In this document: piece by piece, positions 19,075 to 28,050 of the stretch
Layout: the number at the start of each line of letters is the position of its first letter
Position numbering within the stretch: the stretch's first letter is position 1
Virus record (IMG/VR): IMGVR_UViG_3300027734_000045
Location: 1 to 64,000 of that record
Length of the DNA: 64,000 nucleotides
Reading direction: 5' to 3' (one strand)
Source of the DNA: a virus
Translations under genes and position numbers: made by a program
Notes under the pieces: generated by a model
What the model was told of the DNA's origin: nothing
The model's database searches: none
Seen by the model: only the letters and a program-made list of their open reading frames with translations

Positions 19075-19516
19075 AGTATCATTGTACATGAGTTTAGAAA
19101 CGACGACTTATGACGAAGACAAGCGACGAACTTGCTGTGAAATACACCAAACTTGTGAATCTCAACCTTAGAGACGGCGACGGGAAATCATTGGCAGGAG
19201 AGCCGAAAAACTGGGCTAAAGAGGTAGAAAATAGAGAAGTGGAGCAAATGAGTGGAAAAGTTAACATTAGCTATACTAAGCGAAAAAATGCAGAGAAACT
19301 CTGCGTTGCTGCATAGTACTCCGAATCTTGTGAATGTTGTGAAATGATTGATTATTTGATACTGAACTATTTTTACTATTACGCGTGGTGTATGCTCTAG
19401 GGGGGTCAGAAATAATAGTTGAGTATCAGAGTTTCAATTGATTCAGGTTTATTCAAAACTAGTATAGGATAGATTTGTGAATCTATGAAACTGTGATTCT
19501 TTGAATAAGGAGACAA

Positions 19517-19987
19517 ATGGAAGAGACAACAAACGAAGCAGAGGGCTTCGAGTTCCTAGACATCAGCTATAACGACGTAGTCGAGGCTGAGAGAGAAATT
19601 GGAAAAGGAGACGGCGGGCGAGACAAAAGAATCTGTGTCTGCGGTCACCCAGTCGGCAGGCACTCAAATGCGTCAGGAATCGTATACTGCAAGCCGTCAA
19701 GAATGGAGTGTCCATGTAAGGACATTAGAGCGGTGATTCGAGTTGCGGACGCGAGAAGCTTCCTAAGAAAGACAGAAGGAAGTGGAGCACTGCACGCGTT
19801 AGGTCGAGGAATCAAGGCAGCCGTAGACGCCAAGCAAAAGGTCGAGTGGCTGATTGAACAACGGTGCGACAGATGCAAGGAGCCAGGCAAGGTTGGTCCA
19901 GTAGCGGTGACACAGCGCGGAGTGATAGTTCAGAGTGCCACTGGATACGACGCACTATTGTGTGCTAAATGCCGCCAATCTGCGTAG
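19517..19987 (+). CDS. Cys/His-rich zinc-binding hypothetical protein
   Basis: CVCGH, CPC, CDRC and CAKC motifs; AAGGAG SD. Confidence 0.7.
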   Translation: MEETTNEAEGFEFLDISYNDVVEAEREIGKGDGGRDKRICVCGHPVGRHSNASGIVYCKPSRMECPCKDIRAVIRVADARSFLRKTEGSGALHALGRGIKAAVDAKQKVEWLIEQRCDRCKEPGKVGPVAVTQRGVIVQSATGYDALLCAKCRQSA

Positions 19988-20028
19988 TTCCTGTTATAAT
20001 CAAATAATGACAACAACTACGGAGAGAC

Positions 20029-20376
20029 ATGCAGATAAAACAAGTAGCGCGTCCTAGACTAAAAGGCGGAAGACATAGGCCTTCGGTTGAGATGCACGTG
20101 TTCCTAACTCAGCAAGAAGTGGAGCAACTTGGACTTGACCTTGTGACAAGCAAGGAAGCCGCAAGAGCCTCTAACCGAGCGGTGTCAATGATAGGCTATT
20201 GGGTCCGAAGAGGATACGTAAAAAAGTATTATGTCTTTGGAAATGAGTACAACTATCAGGTTGACCTAGATGAGGTATTGGAGCAAGAGCAGCTAGGTCG
20301 AGGCAGGATTAGAAACCCTCACGACAAGAGCTACTATCTACCAAGCAACAGACATAAAGACGGGAAATTCAAATGA
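20029..20376 (+). CDS. Excisionase/MerR-like HTH protein
   Basis: LVTSKEAA....R....I.YWVRRG; preceded by CCTGTTATAAT. Confidence 0.6.
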   Translation: MQIKQVARPRLKGGRHRPSVEMHVFLTQQEVEQLGLDLVTSKEAARASNRAVSMIGYWVRRGYVKKYYVFGNEYNYQVDLDEVLEQEQLGRGRIRNPHDKSYYLPSNRHKDGKFK

Positions 20377-20684
20377 CAAAGCACAGAGGCGTAGATATAG
20401 ACGCTCCTCTTACATTCGAGCAAATGGACAACTTCGTGGAGCTAATGGAGCTAAAGGGCAAGAAAGTGACGTTCATCTACGCGGCCAACACGTCAGGTAG
20501 CATAACTCCATTTACCACAACTGGAATCCTCAACAGAGTCGAGATACACAACATCTTTTCATCATCTGCAAAAGACTACATGGTTTGGCTAGACATGCAA
20601 GTCGGAGACAACCCAGCAGCAACCCAGCAGCAACTGAGTTGCCGCTATTGGAAACTACTCAAAGAAATACCCTTGGAAGACTAG
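20373..20684 (+). CDS. Hypothetical protein
   Basis: ATGA overlap with the upstream gene. Confidence 0.6.
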   Translation: MTKHRGVDIDAPLTFEQMDNFVELMELKGKKVTFIYAANTSGSITPFTTTGILNRVEIHNIFSSSAKDYMVWLDMQVGDNPAATQQQLSCRYWKLLKEIPLED

Positions 20685-20692
20685 GAGAGCAA

Positions 20693-21169
20693 ATGGCAAA
20701 GAAAACAAGTGGAGCAGACACCTGGCACGGAACAAGAACGGTTATCTGGAACTCAGTTCCATGTGGCTGGTGTATGGACGCAAAGATTACTGGCCAGGAC
20801 ACATACCATCGCGGATGCAAGCATGAGACAGCCTACTATGAAAAGCTTTATCTATGCTCCTGTGACTGCAACTTAGAGTGGAAGCCTAAGGCAGTGGTCG
20901 TGAACAGAGACGGAACTCTTGGAGAAGTCCCCGCCGACCTTGTCATCGAAGACAAAATGGAGCGGAAGAGACCTGGAAAGAAGAAACCAGACGAGGCAAC
21001 CACAGAAGTGGAGCAGTCTGATACTACCGACGAGATAGACGAATCCATAGTAATCGTAGTTCATTCTGATGAAGAAAGCACGAGCAGTTTAGAAGAGCAA
21101 CCTGACGCGGATAATGAATCTGTTTCTGAAGAGGCAAAACCTATCTCAGAGAGCCCTCACTCCGAATAA
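20693..21169 (+). CDS. Hypothetical protein, Zn-binding N-terminus and acidic tail
   Basis: CGWC..H..C..CSCDC; GGAGAG SD. Confidence 0.65.
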   Translation: MAKKTSGADTWHGTRTVIWNSVPCGWCMDAKITGQDTYHRGCKHETAYYEKLYLCSCDCNLEWKPKAVVVNRDGTLGEVPADLVIEDKMERKRPGKKKPDEATTEVEQSDTTDEIDESIVIVVHSDEESTSSLEEQPDADNESVSEEAKPISESPHSE

Positions 21170-21331
21170 AACTTCCGAGAACAGTATACGATTACAACTA
21201 CCGCGTAGTAGACGAATGACTTAAATCGCCTGCGCGGTTTGTCGCATCGTAGGCTCGCGGTCGTTCGCGGAGCGGACGGTGCCCGAGACTCTCCCCAGTA
21301 GGTGCCGTCCGTTCCGTTTTACATTTGCCTA

Positions 21332-22249
21332 ATGGAAAATGATAAAGAACTTGCTGCGTTCGGTGCTCCAGTCGAGGAGACTCCAATTATCGAAATCGAC
21401 GAGCCAACGAACCTTCGCCCCGACCTCTCGGAAATCGGCATCGTGGAAGCGGAGCGAGGCGTCTGCGAGGACACCTACGAAAACCGCTCCATTCTTCGCC
21501 GAGCGAAGATGGGCTGGGACACCGTGTACGCGAGCAATGGCGTGCCAACCGGACTAATCATGGCTCGCTCAGACGCGATGAACAAGGAGCGTAGGCTCCT
21601 CTCACTCGCCGAGAAGAAACCGATTATGGTCGACCCAAACGATAAGAACTCGGATTACCTAACCGGCTTGGACCTCATCGTGGAGAGTGCCTCAGACTAC
21701 CTCGTTCCGCCCTGGGTAATTGGAGCAACCAAGATGTGGCTAAAGGAGCAGGACGAACCCCAGCTCTCAGCTAAGAGAAAACCCACCGCACTTCCTCACC
21801 GCTGTCGCGCGGTGAAGGACGACGGAATCCGCTGTATGCTTTGGACCTCCGGCCGCCCGAAGGACGACGGCCTCTGCCGCGTCCACCTCCGCACCCAGTC
21901 TCGGAAACCGAGCGATGACATCGAACGTGCCCGCCAGCGGCTTATGCAGTCCGCTCCATTTGCGGTGAACGTCCTCGAGGAACTAATGGAGACCGCGGAA
22001 TCCGAGCCTGTAAAACTTAAGGCGGCAACGGAGATTCTGGACCGCGCCGGGGTAAGAGGTGGTGTAGAGTTAGATACGACCGTAAGTATCGACGTCCGCC
22101 CAGCGGCCGCGGTAATCGCGGAACGGTTGCAACGGCTTGGTCTGGCTGCAAGTCAGGCAGCCGCCAGGCTCGTGGATTCAGGAGTCGAGGTTCCCGTAGA
22201 CGCAGAGATCGTGGTTGAAGAGGAGAAGGAAGAAGAGAATGAAGGATAG
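21332..22249 (+). CDS. Putative terminase small subunit
   Basis: RC.A...DG.RC...C..H zinc knuckle, then A...L.ELM..AESE.VKLKAATEILDRAG, a motif I associate with TerS-like proteins. Confidence 0.5.
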   Translation: MENDKELAAFGAPVEETPIIEIDEPTNLRPDLSEIGIVEAERGVCEDTYENRSILRRAKMGWDTVYASNGVPTGLIMARSDAMNKERRLLSLAEKKPIMVDPNDKNSDYLTGLDLIVESASDYLVPPWVIGATKMWLKEQDEPQLSAKRKPTALPHRCRAVKDDGIRCMLWTSGRPKDDGLCRVHLRTQSRKPSDDIERARQRLMQSAPFAVNVLEELMETAESEPVKLKAATEILDRAGVRGGVELDTTVSIDVRPAAAVIAERLQRLGLAASQAAARLVDSGVEVPVDAEIVVEEEKEEENEG

Positions 22250-22412
22250 CGAAATCCGAGAACTTGCGGCAACGGCTCGCGCCCTGGCGGAGGTCCTCAC
22301 CGGGGACGTCTCCCTAGCGTCCACCCGGGAGGAGCACATCCGGCTTACGGCTCGTGCAAATGAAGCCCAGACCCTAGCCACTTCCCTGGAGGAAGTGACC
22401 GATGAACCTTAA
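22239..22412 (+). CDS. Hypothetical protein
   Basis: Coupled ORF between its neighbours. Confidence 0.55.
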   Translation: MKDSEIRELAATARALAEVLTGDVSLASTREEHIRLTARANEAQTLATSLEEVTDEP

Positions 22413-23202
22413 CCTTCGGCTAGAGGTTCAAGGTTTCACCTCCTCGAAGGTTCTCCGCTCCAAGTTTGTGGAGCAGGCGCTCTCATACGAGGGGCAGCAG
22501 GCAATGGAGCGTGGAGGGATTTCCACCTTTGGTTCCCGGGTTGGCTACGGCAGTGCGCCCTGGGACGGTGCATTTGTAGACGTTGTGGGCCGCGAGGCGG
22601 GCGTTTACCTCCCGTCCTGTGTTTCCACCTCCGCCGCGCTTTCCGAGTTCATACTGGACGACCGGGTACGTTCTCGCCCCAGGGTGGGCGACCTAGTCTT
22701 TTTCGCCGTTTCGTCCGAGGCGTTTGGCCAACCCCGGCTCGGAATCGTGGTTTCCGTGGAGGGATGGGAGCGAAGCGGCAGGTTCATCACCATCGAGGGT
22801 AACTCCTCCTCCGGCCTACCCCGGAGCAACGATCTTCCTACCGGGGTCTTCCGCCGCACTCACTTCAACACGGAGGTTCTCGCCTTCGCTCGCCCCAGAT
22901 TCCGAGCCTTAAATTCCGTGAAACCGGTTTCAGACAAGGTTGACACGCCTGTTGTCAACTTTTCCTACCTCACCTCCTCGCGGAAGAACAAGCACATCCG
23001 CGCCGTTCAGCTCGCCCTGGCACAGGCCGTGGGCTTACGCGGGTACGAACCGGGGAGCTGGTGCCGGCTCACGGTTAGCGCCTTTGCGCGCTACCAACGC
23101 CGCATCGGCTTCGCCGGCAGGGACGCGACGGGCGAGCCAAACCACACGGCCATAGCGCGCCTAGCGGAGCAGACCGGGTTGTTTGTTATCGAAAAGTTAT
23201 AA
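22402..23202 (+). CDS. Degenerate CHAP domain + peptidoglycan-binding domain
   Basis: PWDGAFV, PRVGDLVFF, LGIV and TIEGN motifs; C-terminal VQ.AL...A.ARYQR..G....G PG-binding helices. Confidence 0.7.
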   Translation: MNLNLRLEVQGFTSSKVLRSKFVEQALSYEGQQAMERGGISTFGSRVGYGSAPWDGAFVDVVGREAGVYLPSCVSTSAALSEFILDDRVRSRPRVGDLVFFAVSSEAFGQPRLGIVVSVEGWERSGRFITIEGNSSSGLPRSNDLPTGVFRRTHFNTEVLAFARPRFRALNSVKPVSDKVDTPVVNFSYLTSSRKNKHIRAVQLALAQAVGLRGYEPGSWCRLTVSAFARYQRRIGFAGRDATGEPNHTAIARLAEQTGLFVIEKL

Positions 23203-23287
23203 TCTTTTTATCAAATGTGCCACCGAGCTGCGAGAAACCTGTTATAATGTTATTACGCGGAAAAACAAACGCGGGTTGGAGAGACGG

Positions 23288-23488
23288 ATGGCAATAAAGA
23301 AAACCATTTGGATTGTGGACTACCGGGACGAAGCCGGGAACGCCAAGTACGTGGCACGGCAAGCCGACACCGAGGCGGAACTCCGCGGGCTGATAGCCAG
23401 GGAGTCGCCGGGCTCCAAGGTGGAGCGGGTGTGGCTCTTCATGGAGCCGCAGGAACCGGCCGCAACCCGGGAGCCGTCGGAGACCTAA
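23288..23488 (+). CDS. Hypothetical protein
   Basis: GGAGA SD downstream of the conserved promoter. Confidence 0.55.
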   Translation: MAIKKTIWIVDYRDEAGNAKYVARQADTEAELRGLIARESPGSKVERVWLFMEPQEPAATREPSET

Positions 23489-23603
23489 CCGGGCATTAGT
23501 TTTCCGGGCGAAGTCTCCAAGGGGTTGGAAGTTGGGCTCGGAATTGGTCGCGGGTTAACCGGGTTCAGTGAAACCCGGACCCGCGGCTCACACTTTCGCC
23601 GGG

Positions 23604-23946
23604 TTCAACCCGGGGAGCACTCGGAAAGCAGCCGGGCTGCCAAATTCCGAGCGTTTGCAACCCGGGGACAGGGGAATCTCTGCCGGGCTGCCTTTTTCTC
23701 GGAAATGCAACCCGGGGGCAGGTAAACCTGCGCCGGGCTGTGTTTTTTGCAACGTGCAACCCGGGGGGACTAAATCCGTGCGCCGGGCATCACTTTTCGA
23801 AAGTGCAACCCGGGGGGCACGGAATTAGCGACGGGCTGCCTTTTTTGAAGTGCAACCCGGGGGGCACGGAATTAGCGACGGGCTGCCTTTTTTGAAGTGC
23901 AACCCGGGGGAGGTGCACAAGTGCGACGGGCTGTGTTTTTGGGTTG
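23604..23946 (+). repeat. Tandem array of seven 47-52 bp hairpin units
   Basis: TGCAACCCGGGG-N15-17-(C/A)CGGGCTG-T-rich units start at 23604, 23656, 23706, 23755, 23804, 23851 and 23898; units 5 and 6 are identical. Confidence 0.9.
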
Positions 23947-24057
23947 CTCCAATATTTATTATGAAATTTCGCCTTTTCAGGCGAAACCAGGTTATAATCG
24001 AATCATGAAGCCAAATCCCTAGGTTTCCAACGATAAAAAGACAAGGAGTGATGTCTA

Positions 24058-24669
24058 ATGACAACACCAAGTAAAAAATTAAGTCCTGGACTTGCTACTT
24101 TTATAGAAGAGCGAGTCTTTAATTCTCTGCTTTTTCGAGAAGAGATCCAAAATATTCTGAAAAAGCAATCGCAACCTTTAACAATTCCAGAAATCAAGGC
24201 ACTTGTTTCAAAGGAAACTGGGCGCAACGTTGACAAGATGACAATGTACACGCACGTCAAAGAGCTCATCAACGAAGGAGCTTTAGTCTCTCGCGTCGAA
24301 ACTATCGAAGAGCGTGCATTGCGCGCCAAAAATAGGGTTACGACAGGAAAGTTTGCGACTCTTTATATTACTCCGCGCACTTGGAGCCAAGACGTTCCAG
24401 CGCGCACTGTAGCTGAAGCAGTCCCTGGAGTAGTTCTCTCCTCCACCAGCGATCGTCGTCCAAGAAAACCAAAGGCGAAAAAGCGTGGTCGTCCAATTGG
24501 AAGCAAGAACAGACCTAAGACCGAAGCCAAAACAGACAACCTGCACGACCTCGTTGCGCAAGTTGTTAAGGCTCACCAAACTTCTATCTCGCAAGAGCTG
24601 GAGGAAACCAAGGGAAAACTGGAGTTGGTGACGAAGACTCTCTCCGAGCTTCTTCAAAAAATCAGTTAG
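24058..24669 (+). CDS. Winged-HTH DNA-binding protein with AT-hook
   Basis: PLTIPEI...TMY.HVKEL..EG.L; KKRGRPIGSKNRPK; C-terminal coiled coil. Confidence 0.7.
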   Translation: MTTPSKKLSPGLATFIEERVFNSLLFREEIQNILKKQSQPLTIPEIKALVSKETGRNVDKMTMYTHVKELINEGALVSRVETIEERALRAKNRVTTGKFATLYITPRTWSQDVPARTVAEAVPGVVLSSTSDRRPRKPKAKKRGRPIGSKNRPKTEAKTDNLHDLVAQVVKAHQTSISQELEETKGKLELVTKTLSELLQKIS

Positions 24670-24682
24670 CTCCAGTTGAGTT

Positions 24683-24946
24683 ATGGTGGCTTCTAGGAAA
24701 CTGGAGGCCACCATTACTCGTATCGAAGTCATTATCGTTGAGAGCGAAGAAGACCTAGCGGAATTGTCCGCAGGCGAAGACATCGACATTCTCCCTGGAG
24801 AAGAGTGCGCGCACTGCGGAGAAGACATCGACGACTTCGAATCCGGGGACTTCGAGCCATTTGTCGTCGTCATCGACTCAGATGACTCATTCTGGCCTCT
24901 CTGCGTCGAGTGCTCGCTCCCGGTGATCGATCCAAAGGTTCACTAA
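24683..24946 (+). CDS. Acidic zinc-finger protein
   Basis: CAHC...CVEC. Confidence 0.55.
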   Translation: MVASRKLEATITRIEVIIVESEEDLAELSAGEDIDILPGEECAHCGEDIDDFESGDFEPFVVVIDSDDSFWPLCVECSLPVIDPKVH

Positions 24947-25023
24947 ACTTTTTTTGCAAATGGGAATAATTCTGCGGAGATTCCTGTTATTATAGTCATA
25001 GGTAAACGACACAAGGAGACTCA

Positions 25024-25362
25024 ATGATTAAAGAGAGACCTATTCAGCAGGACAGATTATTTGTCAGCGGAATGAACATGAATCCGCAATTCCCAAACGG
25101 CTCGCCGCTCTATCGAATCGAGCACGTTGGCTACATACTTTCGAAAGAAGACGAACCTTGGAAATACAGAATCGTCACGAGCAATAAGTTCACGGCAGAC
25201 TGGGACCTCTCAACAAAGCACGAAATCTTTAGAGAGGGCACGGGAACTTGTCTTGGAGTTTTCAACGTTGTTGGGTTCATCAGATTCTATACGATGGAGA
25301 CTCGCGGTTATGTCCCTACGAAAAAGATTCCACACTGGATAGACAGAGAAGAGAAGCTATGA
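25024..25362 (+). CDS. Hypothetical cassette protein
   Basis: Conserved promoter and leader upstream. Confidence 0.7.
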   Translation: MIKERPIQQDRLFVSGMNMNPQFPNGSPLYRIEHVGYILSKEDEPWKYRIVTSNKFTADWDLSTKHEIFREGTGTCLGVFNVVGFIRFYTMETRGYVPTKKIPHWIDREEKL

Positions 25363-25640
25363 GATATCGCACTGTGCTTGGCGAAGCAATCTACAAAATT
25401 CGTTTAGAGAAGAATCTCACGCTAAGAGACGTTTCACAGAGAGGCGCTCTCTCAATCGGACATCTTTCTGAAGTAGAGAGAGGAATGAAAGAGGCAAGCA
25501 GCGAAATCCTAGAAGCGATAGCGACAGGTCTCGATATCTCTCTTTATCAAATCATTATCGAGGCAGGTTATCGCCTTGGTGAGTATGAAGGAGCTTTTGA
25601 TAGAGTACCGGAGACTTTTGCGGTCGAGAAAAAAGTTTAA
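25359..25640 (+). CDS. ClgR-like XRE transcriptional regulator
   Basis: LG..I..IR.....TLRDVS....S.GHLSEVERG.KEASSE.L..I...L, matching the actinobacterial ClgR signature. Confidence 0.8.
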   Translation: MRYRTVLGEAIYKIRLEKNLTLRDVSQRGALSIGHLSEVERGMKEASSEILEAIATGLDISLYQIIIEAGYRLGEYEGAFDRVPETFAVEKKV

Positions 25641-25727
25641 AAAATCTTTGCAAATGGGAATAAAAGCAGAGCTTTTCCTGTTATTATAGTTAGGTAGCAA
25701 AAAGACAAAATGACAAAAGGAGTCGCT

Positions 25728-25913
25728 ATGACAGACAGCAAAAAACCAGAAATGATGCTCGAGCTTGAAGCGTTGGTTAGAGCAAAAAACCCTCAATACA
25801 CAACACAGGTGACTTACGCGGCGCTGTTTGGAATTCTCGCTGCGTTCATCTCGGAGGAAGACTTCCAGAGAGCGATAGACATCTGGCCTAAAATCGACGA
25901 GAAGAAAGCGTAG
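25728..25913 (+). CDS. Hypothetical cassette protein
   Basis: Conserved promoter and leader upstream. Confidence 0.65.
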   Translation: MTDSKKPEMMLELEALVRAKNPQYTTQVTYAALFGILAAFISEEDFQRAIDIWPKIDEKKA

Positions 25914-25919
25914 AGATAA

Positions 25920-26168
25920 ATGAGCGAAATCAAGTTGAGAAAAGCACAGTTCTATAAGGACGCAAAAGATAATCGCTACGTCTGGGACGCAGTAGAAGCT
26001 TGGACAGACAGTCCGTTCCATCCACTGCCTTCGAGCAAAGTGGTCTGCAAGGTCTGCGGAGAGCAAACTCCTCGCATGCTCATGCAATTCTACACAAAGC
26101 CTCTCGTCTTCTTTTGCGGAGAGCACTTACCGGAGAATCTTGAGAAATGGTACCGAAGAGGTCCGTAA
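25920..26168 (+). CDS. Hypothetical zinc-finger protein
   Basis: CKVC...C..H. Confidence 0.6.
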   Translation: MSEIKLRKAQFYKDAKDNRYVWDAVEAWTDSPFHPLPSSKVVCKVCGEQTPRMLMQFYTKPLVFFCGEHLPENLEKWYRRGP

Positions 26169-26285
26169 AACTTTTTCAAAAATCTTTGTAAATGTGCAGC
26201 ATATTTGCTAAAAACCTGTTATTATAGATAAGTAGCAAAAACAACTGAATATCGAGTAAACGAAAAAACGACAGAAGGAGCTCAC

Positions 26286-26717
26286 ATGAGCGAAATCAAA
26301 ATCAGTAAATTGGAAAAATCAGTGTACCCACGAAAGTACGAGTACAAGCAGCAGAGAAGCGATCGACCAGATTCACCATCACGAGTCTTTTTAGACTTCG
26401 GTGAAAATGTTTGGGAGCACTTAGAGAACAGACGCTCGAGAGACTACAACACTTTGCGTCCACTCGTTGCAGAGAAGCTTCGCGAAATGGGAGTCGACTT
26501 CGAAAAGCTAAGTTGGAATCGATACGCAGGATGCGACATGTGTCCTTGCTCCGGTGGATTCGTTTTGAAAGACGGAGAGAACGGAATCGACTACTGGGCG
26601 AAATTCGAAAGCGTCGAGTCACCAGACGTTTCAGTTTGCAGTCATCCAACAGAGTGCTTCGTTGAAGCGACATCAAGTTGCGGAGTCTGCCAAGAAGTTT
26701 TGGAGGTGGTCGCATGA
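26286..26717 (+). CDS. Hypothetical cassette protein (W...AGC..CPCS.GF motif)
   Basis: Conserved promoter and leader upstream; Cys motif. Confidence 0.7.
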   Translation: MSEIKISKLEKSVYPRKYEYKQQRSDRPDSPSRVFLDFGENVWEHLENRRSRDYNTLRPLVAEKLREMGVDFEKLSWNRYAGCDMCPCSGGFVLKDGENGIDYWAKFESVESPDVSVCSHPTECFVEATSSCGVCQEVLEVVA

Positions 26718-26926
26718 GTGAAATCAAAGAAGTCTACGTTGGAACTTTAGAGACTTCAAGTTTCAAGTTCCTAATCTGCGGCGACAGCGAAGAGCACGTG
26801 ATTGCTCTCGCTGAAGCAGCATGGAACAAACATCGCGCAGACACTGGAGCGCGGTGGGAATGGCAAGATGTCGAAGACAGTCTTTACATCTTAAAGATGC
26901 AACCCGGACAAGTTCAGAAGAACTAG
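26714..26926 (+). CDS. Hypothetical protein
   Basis: GGAGG SD and ATGA overlap. Confidence 0.65.
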   Translation: MSEIKEVYVGTLETSSFKFLICGDSEEHVIALAEAAWNKHRADTGARWEWQDVEDSLYILKMQPGQVQKN

Positions 26927-26939
26927 AGAGCGAGACAAA

Positions 26940-27284
26940 ATGAAAACATTCAAATTAGTGTCAGACGAAAAATCAAACGCAACGTACAGAGTAAACACTC
27001 TGCGCACAACGCGAAACGTTCTCACGCAAATCTTCGGAGAGCCTGAGGAAGTCGAATCGTTCGATAACAAGGTAACTGTCCGTTGGACGATCGCTATCGA
27101 AGACTCAGTGATTGTGACTCTGTACGATTATAAACGCTATGAACTTGGAACTCCTAGGCTCAATGAAGTGTATGATTGGCATGTCGGAGGTTTCAGCGAT
27201 GAAGCTTACGATGAGTTGCTCTCTGTTGTATTGGAGCAGTTCAACGAAATCGTAAAAAAGAAAGCTGAAGAAGAAGATGAGTGA
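26940..27284 (+). CDS. Hypothetical phage protein
   Basis: FGEP...KV..W...T.YDYK...W.VGG motif. Confidence 0.65.
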   Translation: MKTFKLVSDEKSNATYRVNTLRTTRNVLTQIFGEPEEVESFDNKVTVRWTIAIEDSVIVTLYDYKRYELGTPRLNEVYDWHVGGFSDEAYDELLSVVLEQFNEIVKKKAEEEDE

Positions 27285-27414
27285 TTACGCTAAAGAGCAC
27301 ATTTGCGAAAAGTGCTTCCTAACCTATAGCAACTATCAAAGACACATGGAGCTCGAACACGGAGAAGCTGTCGTTGACTCGAGTGACGAAGAAGACGCGT
27401 CGAAAGAGGACTAA
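27277..27414 (+). CDS. Small C2H2-like zinc-finger protein (45 aa)
   Basis: CEKC-x9-H-x4-H with an acidic tail; too short for the ORF track. Confidence 0.55.
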   Translation: MSDYAKEHICEKCFLTYSNYQRHMELEHGEAVVDSSDEEDASKED

Positions 27415-27616
27415 AAACTTTTCGAAAAAGTTTGCTCTTTTGGGAATAAAATCTATCTAAACATGATTATAATAGATAGGTAATAAAAAACGGCAAAAAC
27501 TAGTGATTATAACAGAATGATAACTTTCAAAAAAAGTTTGCTAAATGAGCAGTTTTATAGCAAAAACCTGTTATAATGATTAGGTACCAAAAATAAACGA
27601 CAAAAGGAGTCTGCAC

Positions 27617-27925
27617 ATGAGTGTAAACGAAAACGAAAAGTACCAAACAATCAGCTTGTCAACTGCAGTTGCAAATGGCGAGTACTGGTCCATAAACGAC
27701 ATCAACGACCTGCGTTCAATGAAGGCAGCGAAGATGGCAGCTGTAGAGATCGCTCGAGCACTCGGACGAACCTACTACTCAGTGAACACAAAGCTTATTG
27801 AGCTTGGACTCACAAAGAGACAGTCAAAGCCAAGAGCAAGAGTCATCAAGAACGTCTACACACAAGCGCTTCCAACTTGTGACAACTGCTTCATGGTGTT
27901 GAGTGCTAGAGTCCACGACTGCTAG
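27617..27925 (+). CDS. HTH protein with C-terminal Zn knuckle
   Basis: WS..D...L....IARALGRTYYSV; CDNC...HDC. Confidence 0.7.
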   Translation: MSVNENEKYQTISLSTAVANGEYWSINDINDLRSMKAAKMAAVEIARALGRTYYSVNTKLIELGLTKRQSKPRARVIKNVYTQALPTCDNCFMVLSARVHDC

Positions 27926-28050
27926 CACTCAAAAAAGATTTAAAAATCTTTGCTAAACGAGCAGTTTGTTAGCAAAAACCTGTTATAATCGAATAGTACC
28001 AAAAAATAACTAAATACAAAATGACAAAAAGACAAAAGGAGTTGGTCAGT

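Noticed and set aside
19110-19316. 68-aa ORF in the divergent intergenic region
   Set aside because: No clear SD or recognisable motif; could be real but is unsupported.
23604-23946. CRISPR array
   Set aside because: Conserved boxes are only 8-12 bp, variable parts are short and related (two units are identical), and no cas genes are recognisable.
23525-24070. ORFs across the repeat array
   Set aside because: Products of GC-rich repeats without translation signals.
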